From assembly GCF_006345805.1 (NCBI RefSeq), contig NC_043022.1:12834001-12898000 (forward strand): 64,000 bases of DNA. Reading direction: 5' to 3'. The notes beneath the pieces are model-generated. The model was not told the origin of the DNA, did no database searches, and saw only the letters and a program-made list of their open reading frames with translations. Source of the stretch: Octopus sinensis (Eukaryota). The stretch's first letter is position 1. Every line of letters starts with the position of its first letter. The position numbers and the translations under genes are program-made. Positions 35,471 through 49,180 of this stretch are shown here, one piece after another.

Positions 35471-36816
35471 ACCCTTTTTCAATAATTCTCAATCATAACA
35501 TTGAAAAAATCAGGGGTGAACCAGTTTCTTTTCATGGATTATTATATGTATCTTCCTCTAGAGTATGATCCCTTAATGTAAAGACAAAAATAACAACTCC
35601 CAAGATAGAAGACGTGATAAGCATACAACAGTGGGTTTTCTCCAAGTACTGTATGTTCAGTACTGTATATGTGAACTTTACACCATCTCCAGAATCAAGC
35701 AGTCAGGAAAAAATGCAGCTTCAATGTTTCTTTGGAATTTCCATGTATACTGTGTGTAATGGAATTACACACAGTATAATTCCATTACACACAGTATACA
35801 TGGAAATTCCCTACTTACAGTTTATAGGAAGTAACATTGCTGTGTATAATTGTATGCAAACTTATAAATTAAATCTCATTACAGATATCCCATCCCTAAC
35901 AGTTCTTATACACTTGCAATCATCACGTCCGCTATATAATAACCACTCCACCAGCTAGAAATTACAGTGAAATCACCCCCTCCAAGCCACACTTTGTCTT
36001 CAAAGAAGAAGGAAGCATCAAATAATGTAGTCCTAGATGCACACTCTAAGACAGGATGGCCATGTTTGGAACATATTTGTTCATAAGTCTGTTGAATTTA
36101 CACCAACATGTGATGACATATAACCTTGTCTGTCGTATCTGGAAGGAAGGGCCTTATCTAGAGTGGTGTAACTGTAGGAGTCAAGGGTGTTTTCATTGTA
36201 TGGTCAAGACTGCTGTTTTGGCTGTGCGGTCAAGTGTTGTATTACAGCTGAATGGTCAAAGGTGTTGTGTTGTGGGGTCAGGATTGCTGTACCATGTTAT
36301 AGCTATGTGGGTAAAGGTGCTATAGTTGTGTGGTCCTATGTTGTGTGGTGGGATCAAGTTTTCTGTTGTGATCGTGTGGCCAAGGGTGTCTTGGCCATGT
36401 GGTCAAAGTTGCTGTTTTGGCTACATGGTCAAGGGTGTTGTGCTGTGGCTACAATCACCAGTTGCATTGTTGACAACAAAGTCAGGAAGTCCAACATTTG
36501 CTCTAGCCGTTGCAAATGACCTGTCACCTTTTGATATCAGAATAAGTTCTTGGTCTCAGTTATACTTTCACCCTTGTTGTTGTTTAGTCCTTGGTCAGCC
36601 CTGGTGCAGCATGCCTAGGATCAAAGGCATTAAATTCAATGACCCTGGCACCTTTTTTGCCGTCTTTTGTGCAATACACAAAATATTTAAACAATTTTTA
36701 ATACAATTTCTAATAATATTTAATTCTAAAAAATATAACAGAATTTTTTAAATATCAAATGTTTATAAGGTCCACTCTAGGACAATATGACTCAAAGGGG
36801 TCTATAGGAAAAAGAT

Positions 36817-36831
36817 GGTTGAGAATCACTG
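36817..36831 (-). mobile_element. Orphan hAT (Charlie-like) terminal inverted repeat
   Basis: Reverse complement CAGTGATTCTCAACC; the partner end was not found. Confidence 0.4.
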
Positions 36832-38555
36832 TCCTAGACAATTTATCTAGGGCTACACTATCAAATGGGTACTGTTATAATGGTAGTGAGGGCTATTTCT
36901 AGCAATTGGACTGACCACATAGAGGCTCCCTGTTTGACTGAACTATTTCACAGCTGAGTGGTTAGCAATATAGGTAGGTATATGGCCAGGTGTATGGCAC
37001 AGGACCCACTTCTAGTTTATGGCTGAATGAGTTTACCTCAGTATGTTTTACATTTTATGGTTGAATTGTTTTCCTTGGTACCATTCACACATTTCACACT
37101 TGAGTGATTAGATAACAGCTAAACCCTCTCTCTCTCTCATTAGTATTTAGATGAAGCCATGTTCAGTCAGCAAGTTCAAAGAAGTTTTCAAGCCGATGAT
37201 GACGATGATGATGATGACAGAGGCTCCTGTTAAACTAATTAGCCAGACTGGATATCTGATACCTTAAAGTTTACATCACCATCATCATCATCACTCTCAT
37301 CAGCTTATGTTGACATCATCCTCTCCTCCTCATCATTGTCACCACCATCATGCTATCATCATCATCATCATCATCATCATCAGTGCCATTCTACCTCTTC
37401 CCTCTCAATTCCACCAATCCTTACCCCACTACTTTACCACTCCTTACTTCATTTTACCCCTGGTCTTTTCTGATCGATCAGACCTATAACTCAAAGCTGT
37501 TCCAAACAAAAGTATCCTGTTTTGGGGTTTTTAAAAAAAACTTTTTCTTTACTTATCCAAGGGTTATATTATACAGTATATTCTCCTTTTCTTAACAGTG
37601 CAGTATGATGTGAGAGATGTGGCTGCTATTTCTTGCAGGTTTAGTAACCACATACTGGGTGCTTTGTTGCCTTGTTCTGGCTGTGAGCGTGAGAGAGAGT
37701 GGGGGGGACTATTTTTGAAGGTTCACGAAGATATGTATGAAAAAGACAGAAAACAGAGGAAAAAGATTGTGCGTGAGGGAGATAGAACTGAATATATACG
37801 TGAATGTGTGTGTGAGAGAGAGAAAACTGTGTGAAAGAGAAAAAAAACCATGCGAAAAATAAAGGGGAAGATGTGAATTTGAGAGAAAAGTGTGTTTATA
37901 TATGAAAGTGTGTGAGTGAAAAAGAGATAAAACTGTTAGAAAGAAATTGTATGGTAAGGGAGAGAGAAACTGAAAAACTGAGTATGAAAGATTTTGTTTG
38001 TGTGTGAGAATGGAGTAGAAATCTGTAGATTACTGACGCTGTGATCTGGCAGGAAGTAAAACACCTTTTCAAAGATGTTGGAGAGTTAAGGATTATGGCC
38101 TGTTAAGATGTTCAGGACTTAGAGAAGAGTGAGGGATGTGTGTGTGTATGTGTGTGTGAGAGAGCGAGAGGGAGAGAGCAAGCAGGTGAGAATTAAAAGT
38201 AGCAAGATTATCTTTCAAAGATAACAATCTTCAAACGGTACTGCCAATATAGTGTGAAGAATTATGATTTGGCAGTTATGGGAGGTCATAGTAAATATTA
38301 ATCTTAGTTGATGAAAGGTGAGAAACTAGAAATAAACTTGGATAGGGGGAACAAAACTTGGAAGCTTGAAGTGAATTAAAGATTTCATTAAAGTTTGGTT
38401 AATGAACACAGTTTGTGGGTATGGGCTGACCGATGCCTTGTGAATGAATTTGATAGGTGGAAACTGTGGGGAAGCCTCTCAATATATTTGAAAAAAATTA
38501 AGAATGATGTTTCTGATATTCTTTTTCCCACTTTAATAATGAGATAATTACAAAT

Positions 38556-38788
38556 CTATTTCTTTATTGCCCACAAGGGGCCAAACACAGAAGGGGACAA
38601 ACAAGGACAGACAAACGGATTAAGTCGATTACATCGACCCCAGTGCGAAACTGGTACTTAATTTATCGACCTCGAAAGGATGAAAAGCAAAGTCGACCTT
38701 GGCGGAATTTGAACTGAGAACATAACGGCGGACGAAATACGGCTACGCATTTCACCCGGTGTGCTAACGTTTCTCCCAACTCACCACC
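38556..38788 (-). mobile_element. SINE family B with a 12-bp TSD ATAATTACAAAT
   Basis: TSD at 38544-38555 and 38797-38808, with 8 extra nt at the 5' junction. Confidence 0.9.
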
Positions 38789-39700
38789 TTAATTACATAA
38801 TTACAAATCATCAGATCAGAGGTTTTCCAAATGGGTAGTACTCCCACCAAGGAGGTGCTGGGTATGTCAAAGGGGGTATTCGGCTTTATGGGGGCAGTGA
38901 GGTAACATAACCTACTAAATTTTGCCTGTAGTAGCAATTATATTATACCTAATAAAACTAGTAATGGTTGTTAAAAGAAAGTGTAATTTCATCAGGTACA
39001 GGTAAGTCATTGACTTGAAATGCTTAAAGTAAATTTACAATTTTTGTCTTTATTATTTTTTTTATAATTTCATAGTTAAAAGTGCTTATACAATCCATTT
39101 TTAGAGCATCAACTAACCTCCTCCTCCTCCCGAAAATTGCTGGCCTTGTGCCTGAATTAGAAATTATTATGACACTGTTCTGAACCATGGGTTGTGAAAG
39201 AGTGTAATGAACATTAGTGTTGCTAATGAAACAGTGGAATATCGTAAAGATTATAATATTGCAGTGTGGTGTAGATGATGAAAGAGTTGTGTGGTAAACA
39301 TTATAAGACTGTAGTGTGGGTAGTGAAACCGGGTGTATACAGAATGATATAATAAAATAAACATTTTATAGGATACCATGTGATTAGATGACGGTACGCA
39401 AGTGTTTATAAATAGTGTAAACAAAAGTTGAACTGGTGTACATGTGTGTAACACATGTATTTGAAACAAGCATTAGTGGTGTGTTGAGGGACATGAAAAC
39501 CCCGTGAACATTATAAGGTAAATTGCAAATGTTTCTTAATGGAAAATATTGCATTTTTAAAATTATGTATGTATGTATACATATGTTTGGGTGTGTGTGT
39601 GTGTGTGGAACAAGCAGGAGAAATAGAACTTGAGAGTATATAAATTTTTTTTATTGTCTGTAAGCCTTAAAGGCCAACAGTTTGGTGTATTACACACACA

Positions 39701-39745
<45 letters not shown>

Positions 39746-40502
39746 GGTGTTGATTTTATTGTGGGTACTGAAACCTGGTGATAGGAAACAGCTGTGATTT
39801 TGAAGATTTAATAATCAAAAGGTGAAGGGATCAGGCAGTGTTACAACCATTGAGTTGTAGCCCTAGATAAGGTATATCACTCACCCCTATTAATCCTAAT
39901 CTGGCCCCTAAATGCTGCTCTAAAACTAGGTTCCACTCTCACCCTCCCGGGGTTGTTGTGTTCGTATACTACATAAGCATGTGAAAGGCAAAGATTTGTG
40001 TTGTTTCTTAAAGATGTGTTTAGTATTGCTGTTGTTCAGTCACACACACACACACGCCAAAAGAGCTTGCAATACCCAAGTAATTCTTGATGATATATAT
40101 ATATATATATATCATCATCATACATCTGTTCTCCATGCTGGTAAGGGTCGAACAGTTTGATTGAATTTGACAGGTCAAAAGGCCGTGTTGAGCTCTGTGG
40201 ACTGTTTTTGGCATGGTTTCTGTGGCTGGATGTCCTTCTTACCTCCAATTACTTGACGTCTGTGTGTATCACTGGCACTAGTGGAATTGCCAAGTATCTG
40301 CTTAATAGCTTGCAAATCAAGGCCTCTTGATTGAGGGGTGTGTAGTATTGAGTGAGGTGACCTATGCCATGTGTTGAGAGGCAAGATACATGGCTACTCC
40401 AACTGGAAGAGGAGAGATGGTGGTTATGCAGATTCATCCTCAAGGTATAATATGTATATTAAAACTATTATGCATTCATATATGTCAATTATGTATACAC
40501 AT

Positions 40503-40903
40503 AGGCGCAGGAGTGGCTGTGTGATAAGTAGCTTGTTTACCAACCACATGGTTCCGGGTTCAGTCCCACTGCATGACACCTTGGGCAAGTGTCTTCTGCT
40601 ATAGCCTCAGGCCAACCAAAACCTTGTGAGTGGATTTGGTAGACGGAAACTGAAAGAAGCCTGTCATATATATGTGTGTGTGTGTATATATATATATATG
40701 TATGTGTGTGTATGTGTGTCTGTTTGTCCCCCTAGCATTGCTTGACAACCGATGCTGGTGTGTTTACATCCCGTAACTTAGCGGTTCAGCAAAAGAGACC
40801 GATAGAATAAGTACTGGGCTTACAAAGAATAAGTCCCGGGTCGAGTTGCTCGATTAAAGGCAGTGCTCCAGCATGGCCGCAGTCAAATGACTGAAACAAG
40901 TAA
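40503..40903 (+). mobile_element. Full-length SINE family A
   Basis: Head-to-tail match. Confidence 0.9.
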
Positions 40904-40922
40904 AAAAAAAATATATGTATAT

Positions 40923-40964
<42 letters not shown>

Positions 40965-40966
40965 CA

Positions 40967-41250
40967 CTAGCAGAGATACCCGGCGTTGCCTGTGTTACAT
41001 GCAATTGAAGAATTAGACTTTTCTGTAATGAACTGGAATACCTATGATTCGAATTTCATAAAAATTGCAGATGAGGGTTCTTTTCCTCTTTACACACCCT
41101 AAAAAAATGTATGTATCCCCTACTACTGATCTTTATGCGCAGATTCCAAAATTCCAGTCTTATAGAACCTGTTAAAAGGATTTTGCTCCTGAGAAATGGA
41201 GGTCATGGAGCTCTAAAATGTGGGAGTTAAGGTCCCTATTGGGGGTGGGT
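40967..41250 (-). mobile_element. Non-autonomous Helitron-like 3' end (5' boundary uncertain)
   Basis: Minus strand GGCAACGCCGGGTATCTCTGCTAG|T: subterminal GC-rich hairpin remnant plus CTAG|T terminus. Confidence 0.55.
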
Positions 41251-41638
41251 GTCTTAATGTCAACCAGAGAAGTTGAATTGTTGAGAATCTTTTGAAACTT
41301 GGGTCTTATATCTATTGTTTGAATTTCTTTGAAATAGGAAATATATGTATGTTCTTTGGGTTTGTAAAAGAGAGCAAAGCTACAGGAAACCAAAAGACGA
41401 ATGATCACAATAAGCAGTCAGCTTCCTCTCATTTACTTGACAGTTTATGCACCACATTGCAGAAATCACAATCTAAGTATATCACAAAGTAAACTCTTAC
41501 ACTGTTGTACCATTGAATTACAAATAATGCTCATCTTTTATGCTCAGGTGATCCTACAGCTTCCAAGAGTATTTTGTAAAATCTACCAAGTCAGGTAGTA
41601 ACTTGATGTGTCAATTTCATCAAACCTAGGACGAGACT

Positions 41639-42870
41639 GACTGGGTGTGTCTTTTATGAAACCTACCAAAACAAGGTCTAACTGGGTGTGTCTTTTATGA
41701 AACCTACCAAAACAGGGTCTAAATGGGTGTGTCTTTTGTGAAACCTACCAAAACAGGGTCTAAATGGGTTTTTCTTTTATGAAACCTACCAAAACAGGGT
41801 CTAATTGGGCGTGTCTTTTATGAAACCTACCAAAACAGGGTCTAACTGGGTGTGTCTTTTATGAAACCTACCAAAACAGGGTCTAACTGGGTGTGTCTAT
41901 TATGAAACCTACCAAAACTGGGTCTAAATGGGTGTGTCTTTTATGAAACCTACCAAAACAAGGTCTAACTGGGTGTGTCTATTATGAAACCTACCAAAAC
42001 TGGGTCTAAATGGGTGTGTCTTTTATGAAACCTACCAAAACTGGGTCTAACTGGGTGTGTCTTTTATGAAACCTACCAAAACAGGGTCTAACTGGGTGTG
42101 TCTTTTATGAAACCTACCAAAACAGGGTCTAACTGGGTGTGTCTTATAAACCTACCAAACTGGTCTAAATGGTGTGTCTTTTATGAAACCTACCAAAACA
42201 GGGTCTAACTGGGTGTGTCTATTATGAAACCTACCAAAACTGGGTCTAAATGGGTGTGTCTTTTATGAAACCTACCAAAACTGGGTCTAACTGGGTGTGT
42301 CTTTTATGAAACCTACCAAAACAGGGTCTAACTGGGTGTGTCTTTTATGAAACCTACCAAAACAGGGTCTAACTGGGTGTGTCTATTATGAAACCTACCA
42401 AAACTGGGTCTAAATGGGTGTGTCTATTATGAAACCTACCAAAACTGGGTCTAACTGGTGTGTCTTTTATGAAACCTACCAAAACAGGGTCTAACTGGTG
42501 TGTCTTTTATGAACCTACCAAAACAGGTCTAACTGGTGTGTCTTTTATGAAACCTACCAAAACAGAGTCTAACTGGGTGTGTCTTTTATGAAACCTACCA
42601 AAACAGGGTCTAACTGGGTGTGTCTTTTATGAAACCTACCAAAACAGAGTCTAACTGGGTGTGTCTTTTATGAAACCTACCAAAACAGGGTCTAACTGGG
42701 TGTGTCTTTTATGAAACCTACCAAAACAGGGTCTAACTGGGTGTGTCTTTTATGAAACCTACCAAAACAGGGTCTAACTGGGTGTGTCTTTTATGAAACC
42801 TAGCAAAACAAGGTCTAACTGGGTGTGTCTTTTATAAAACCTACCAAAACAGGGTCTAACTGGGTGTGTT
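41639..42870. repeat. 41-bp satellite array, about 30 units, with degenerate flanks extending to about 43095
   Basis: Unit AACTGGGTGTGTCTTTTATGAAACCTACCAAAACAGGGTCT. Confidence 0.95.
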
Positions 42871-43573
42871 TAATTTATCAAGATTACTAAGGACCAATTG
42901 GATGTGTCTATTTTGTCAAGCCTACCAAAATGGACTAACTGGGTGTATCTTTTATCAGACCTAAAACAGGGTCTAAGTAGGTGTGTCTATTTCATGGAAC
43001 CAAAAACAGGGACTAACTGGGTGTGTCTATATTTTCAAACCAACTAAGCCAGAGACTAAATGGTTGTGTCTATGTTATGAAACCTAAGAAACTAGGTGTC
43101 TCGATAGCTTTTTCAGTCTTTAATCAGTTTTTTGTTTTGCATGTTTGAAAGCAAGGTTTTAATTGATAATTATCTAGTTAATTAGTGGTGTGAGTGAAAA
43201 AGAGGAAGATCGGAGGGGAGAGAGAGATAAGGGACCAAAAGTGATCTGTTGTAAACCATTCCACCAGATGGTGGAGAAGTGTGATGATGGCTGGGTACAA
43301 ATGGTGTGGTGTTGTGGAGCAGAGATGAAACTTTAGCGATTACATGTCTGACTCTGGCGTTACTCTGTTTTTCTGACTTTACTAACAACGGGGGGGGGGG
43401 GGGCGCTTCTCTCTCCCCCCTGCCCCTCCTATAGAGATTACAGGGGGGTTGGGGTGACTAATGATGTCTGGGTGTGGATGTAAGCTATCAAGTAACAATC
43501 TGAAGTTCTGATCAGGTATGCATATATTTGTGGGTATCTGTGTGTGTGTGTGTGTGTGTGTGTGTGATGTTTG

Positions 43574-43620
<47 letters not shown>

Positions 43621-45527
43621 GCATACATTCATATACACACACGCACACACATAGCCTTGTACACATGCTGGGTTTTCCTCTTCCTGATTTCGGGTGGCAG
43701 GGAGGGAGGGTTGTTACCTACCCACTACTCCCATCTCCTCACTCTCTCCCCAAACCCCCCAATATGTGACTCCCCTCCCCTCCCCACCCCGTAACTCTCT
43801 TTCTCCCCTCCCCCTGCCCACTCCCTCTATCTCATCCTCTCTGTCTCCTACCCTCCTCCTCCATCTCACCCCTTACCCACCCCTCCCATTAACTCATCCT
43901 TGGTTCCTTATCTCTGTCAGAAATTTATCTGAAGCTTCTTCATGCGGTAGAGGTGGGGCAGGATGGTGTATGTGGTGGAGGTATAAGGTTGTGTTTGGTT
44001 GCTGGGGGTGGAGTTGGGTAAGGCTAATTCAGCATAGATCCATTACATTCTTGTATATAATAATCCTTCTGAAGTTCTTGTTGTTTAACCCCCACCCCCC
44101 ACCCCGTCCCAGATCAGCACTTCATCCACCAGACCGACTTTTGATCAAAGTTGTTCCAGCCACGACTATCCTGTCTTGTGTGTATTTTCATTTATCCCAT
44201 CTGGACACGTTATTTTATTCATGACTGGTGTGGTTTGAGAGTGATTCAGCTATTGTTTCTAGCAAACTGAGAGACCACGTACACAGGCTCCTTCATTGAC
44301 TGCTGTTCTCTTAGCAGTTACTGTTTAGCCCTATGCTTGTTCTGACTGAGACAAATGTAGGATCAAAATCTCTCCGGCCATGACCATCCCCCATCATATT
44401 TTACAAACACAATGTATTGAGAGCCATAATCTTCAATCTCAGATGATGTGATTTGAGGCACATTTGGCTGCTGTTTCTAGCATATAATCAGTGTGTGTGT
44501 GTCCCTAGCAACAGGGACAAACCCTTTCTGTCTAATCTATCCTTCTCTCCTCTCCTTCACCCTCCCCCCCCAGCCTGCCTCACTGTTGACAAAGGCATTA
44601 TTAAAAGGTTTGTCCTTCAGCGCCCCCCCCCACTCTTCTACTTCTCTCAGGGTGGGGAGTTCCCTCTTAGGAATTTGCCATAAATGGCACCTTCCATCTG
44701 TAATAGATCTGATGTCGGGGTAGGGCCGGAGAATGGGGAGGGTCTACACACACAGACACACACACACACACACACACACACCTTTTCGGGTTCCCTTGGG
44801 GGAGGTGATCTACTCTATTACCACCACACCATCATCATCATCATCATCATCATCATCATGTCAGCTTTTGTTGAATAATTCACACCTCTCCCCCCACTCT
44901 TCTCCCCATTCGTCCATCACACATACATTCTTATATACTCTGATACACACACAACACACACGCATTCACATATTATCACATATCCATAAATACATACACA
45001 CAACCGTACAAATACATACACAGTCGCATACATAACATTAGATGTATGCACACACACACACACATGCACACAAACTTGCACATGTATACAACAAACATAT
45101 ACATTCATGTACAAGTTCAACTCCCCACACACACACACACACACACACATATACATATACACACACACACATATACATATACACACACACATATATACAT
45201 ATACACACACACACATATACATATACACACACACATATATACATATACACACACACATATATACATATACATGCACACACATATATACATACACACACAC
45301 ATACATATACATGCACACACACACATATATACATATACACACACACACATATATACACATACACCCACACACACACACACACACATATATATACATATAC
45401 ACACACACACACATTTATACACAGTTCTGAGATTTCTTCCTCTGATAATTTCTTTTCATAGTTAGAAAGGGGACGACTGAAAACTCATTTGGAAATATGA
45501 TTACCATATATATATATATATAATATA

Positions 45528-45570
<43 letters not shown>

Positions 45571-46115
45571 CACTACATATACACACACACGCATACATAC
45601 ATACAATGTGTGTGTATATACATGTGGGAGGGGGTAAACCTGTGTGTGGGTGTCTATTGTAAATTTCGCGCCGCCTTTATTATGTTACATATACCATAGA
45701 GTGAAGCAAGCTATATATAGCTAAATATATATATATATATACCATATACAGAAGTAGGTGAATGTGTGTGTGTGTGTGTATTGTAACTTTTGCTTGTCTT
45801 CATTATATGTACTGTGTATACACACACACACTCACACTCACAGATATATAATCTCAATTTGACATCCACCTTTCCATGCTTGCATGGGTCAAACGGAATT
45901 CACTGAAGCAGATTTTCTGTGTCCAGGTACCCTTTCTATTGCCAACCCCTGCCTGTTCCCAAGCAACTGAACATGACTTCTGAACATGGATAGCAGGACA
46001 ACCGGACATGATTTCATAGATTTTGAATCAACAGCACCATTTTTATGTTATGTTTGTTTCTTTATGATGTCAAGACATGAACTTACACTAATTCACGTAT
46101 ACTTAATCTCACTCT

Positions 46116-46159
<44 letters not shown>

Positions 46160-46167
46160 ATATCTTC

Positions 46168-46435
46168 GAAACGTGGAGTAGATGAAACAAAGGCGACTGA
46201 AGAAGGGTTATTTTCCTTGTTTTGTATGTCCTGTACTCTATTTTTTTCATTGTTTAAGAAAAATGTCCATTTCCTTGGTTTTGTGTTTATGTTTTCGTTT
46301 CTCATTGTGTTCGACGTTTTTTTTGGTGTCCTGTACCCATATATGCATGTATATATACATGTAGAGGTAGGTACGTACATATATGTATGTATATATACAT
46401 ATGTTTTATTTATTTATTAATTTATATATATATAT
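46168..46435 (+). repeat. Dispersed repeat nearly identical to 11668-11935
   Basis: CGAAACGTGGAGTAGATGAAACAAAGGCGA...TTTATTAATTT shared; both copies lie next to (TA)n. Confidence 0.8.
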
Positions 46436-47069
46436 ATATTGCAAATAAGAAAATGGAGAAGCACATTAGTTGGTTCATCAACTTTAGGACATTAAAATGT
46501 TAACTTATTTATTTATTAAAATGATAATTATAATAACATAAATACATATAGCATATTATTCTATGCATATAAAATAAGAATATAAGCAATTATTAGAAGA
46601 AAACATGGATATAAATTATGGACCCACAACCCCTAACTTTCTTGGAGTCATATATATATATATATGTATCAGGCATGTGCCATCAGCAATTACTCAGGGT
46701 AGCCAGTTGGTGACGTTTATGTAGTAAAATGCAAAAAAATAAGTGAAACACAGGCACGTGATTGAGTTGGAGGCAGAATTAATTCTGTCTTTATAGCACG
46801 TAAAGAAAACATTGTTGTAGGAATGTACGCAGCATGTGTACTACAGCAGTACTATATGTAGTTTTAATACTGAGATTGAAAGGCAAGGGTGAATTATGCC
46901 TACCTGATCTACAAAAAAATAAAATATTTTGTATTTTATGCATAGTAATCAGAGTAACCTACATAATTTTATTGAATTAGGTGCATATTTTGCCATAAAA
47001 GGAAAATGTTACTATTGACCTATTTTATTCGAGACAGACACTGCTTACCTTGCCTACCCAGGCAGCATG

Positions 47070-47403
47070 TCCCTGCATCGCCTTACTGGCACATGAAAAA
47101 ACATTCGAGCCAAGGTTGTTGCCAGTGCCACTGGACTGGCTCCTGCACAGGTGGCATGTAAAAAAAACACCATTTGAGCGTAGCTGTTGCCAGTACCACC
47201 TGACTGGCCCTCGTGCCTGTGGCACGTAAAAGCACCCACTGCACTCTCAGAGCGGTTGGCGTTAGGAAGGGCATCCAACTGCAGAAACTTTACCAGATCA
47301 GATTGGAGCGTGGTTCAGCCATCTAATTCGCCAGTCCTCAGTCAAATCATCCAACCCATGCCAGCATGGAAAGCGGACGTTAAACGATGATGATGATGAT
47401 GAT
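47070..47403 (+). mobile_element. SINE family C
   Basis: TTAGGAAGGGCATCC...GCGGACGTTAAAC(GAT)n. Confidence 0.85.
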
Positions 47404-47604
47404 ATATATATATATATACTCACATTCCAAAAGCTATCATTTAGCATGATAAAAGATGGTATTTGTTGTCAGAGGTAATGGTACAGAGCACTCAAGAGGC
47501 ACAGAATTTGTTTCTCTGTAGTGGCTTTGCTGGTCACTTTTTTCTATCCTCTAAAGGGTATTTACTCAATCTTTTAAGCTGTTTCTCAGCTACCCTGTGT
47601 TCAA

Positions 47605-47895
47605 GATTTCCTGGCAGTGCGGTAAGAAGCTTGCTTCCCAACCACACGGTTCCAGGTTCAAGTCCCACTGCGTGGCACCTTGGGCAAGTGTCTTCTGCTA
47701 CAGCCTCAGGCCAACTAAAGCCTTGTGAGTGGATTTGGTAGACGGAAACTGAAAGAAGCCTGTCATGTATATATGTGTGTGTGTGTTTGTCCCCCCAACA
47801 TCGATTGACAACTAATGCTGGTGTGTTTATGTCCCTGTAACTTAGTGGTTCAGCAAAAGAGACCAATAGAATAAGTACTAATCTTACAAAGAAAA
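47605..47895 (+). mobile_element. SINE family A, 3'-truncated
   Basis: Head and body motifs. Confidence 0.85.
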
Positions 47896-47959
47896 GTCCT
47901 GTGTCCACACGAGTGTGTTAGCCTAGAAGTACTGTCACCAAAACAGGCCAAATTTCTGG

Positions 47960-48300
47960 TCAGCTGTGCCAAATTGTCTCTGCTCAAACAGCTGTCCCCA
48001 ATTCTCATTCTATTACTTGCATATTCAATTAGGTAGTGTGGAAACCCTCATCGATAGAAATTTATGTTGGTTGAGTTACATCCACAGGATGGGCAACAAC
48101 AGACTCCCCGGACAAATTCTTTCCTCTCAATTATGCAAGGCAAAAAGAAACCACGAAAGACTTTGACTGAGATTCAAAGATCCGGCAAAAAAGGAATTTG
48201 AAGTGGAAAGGAATCAATCATAAATAAATGGCAAACTTGAGCAAGAACCAAACAGTATGGAGAAAGCGTACCAAGTCATACCAAAGCCATGAAATCATAA
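47960..48300 (+). mobile_element. Old RTE/BovB-like LINE 3' fragment
   Basis: SVETLIDRNLCWLSYIHRMGNNRLPGQILSSQLCKAKRNH..LRFKD resembles the RTE motif LRWxGHVxRMxxxRLPKxxLYxxL..GxR..G.P.LRFKD. Confidence 0.7.
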
Positions 48301-48500
48301 CCATGATGACTGACTGCAGATAATGGTTGTGTTCCACTCAGTGAATGTCATTGCAGTCTATTGCCAGCAACTGCTGCAAGGACAACAAAGATTCTCTAGA
48401 AAGATGCAGCCGTGAAGACATCCAAATAATGGACCAAGGTATGAAAGTAAGAGAAAGTTACACGACAACTGTTTAAGAAAAGAGCTTGGAGGAGGTTTAA

Positions 48501-49180
48501 CCGTTTAGCATTTAACCCTTTCATTACTGTATTTATTTTGGGATGCTCTGTGTTTCTTTCAATTACTTTAAATATAAAAAGAATTTAGTAAAATAACTTA
48601 GTTATCATTCAGCTAGTGTTAGGAACATAAATTGTGACTAAGGTTTGGTGGAAGATTTTAATTCAAAACTTATGAAAACAAGACATTTGTACTACAGAGC
48701 CAGTTTCAGCCAGGTTGGTATCGAAAGGGTTAAGAATTGTTTCTCTATTATATATTTTAACCTTTTTGTTACCCTATTTTTGTTGAGATGCTCTGTGTTT
48801 CTTTCAATTAATTTTAAATATAACAAAGAATTTAGTAAAACAATTTAGTTATCATTAAGCTAGTGTTAGGAATATAAATTGTGACTATGGTTTGATGGAA
48901 GATTTTAATTCAAAACTTATGAAAACAAGACATTTGTACTCAGAGCCGGTTTCAGCCGGGTTGGTAACGAAAGGGTTAAACCAGTGATATCCAGTCCAAA
49001 CATTCTATCTGTTTTATATTCAAACTGGCCAGATTTGACCTCTCGCACCTACCTTACAATGTCATTCTATAAATAAACAGTCACATCACCAAAACCTCAT
49101 AGCTACAAGATGCTGTATAACTCAAAATAATGTGATTAGATAAGCATTATATTTGACAGAATAATCTGAATACTAAAGGG
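48501..49180. mobile_element. MITE P2 with two P1 copies (48516-48729 and 48761-48975) nested at its internal TTAA
   Basis: TTAA at 48497, 48512, 48730, 48757 and 48976; P2 resumes at 48980. Confidence 0.8.

Noticed and set aside
38996-39001. 6-nt microexon GTACAG with a perfect donor
   Set aside because: Weak pyrimidine tract, and it sits in what looks like a decayed DNA-transposon remnant
39796-39812. GAAAC-AGCT-GTG hammerhead-like 3' half
   Set aside because: The triplet is GUG and there is no CUGANGA upstream
41639-42870. Possible CRISPR array
   Set aside because: Contiguous 41-bp units with no unique spacers, no cas genes, eukaryotic context
45425-45478. Minus-strand RPLSNYEKKLSEEEISEL, an EF-hand-protein-like peptide
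   Set aside because: No credible donor, it runs into a (TG)n tract, and no partner exons were found
46168-46210. GAAAC followed by CTGAAGA as a permuted hammerhead (also about 11668 and 24900)
   Set aside because: No valid NUH triplet and no stem I pairing
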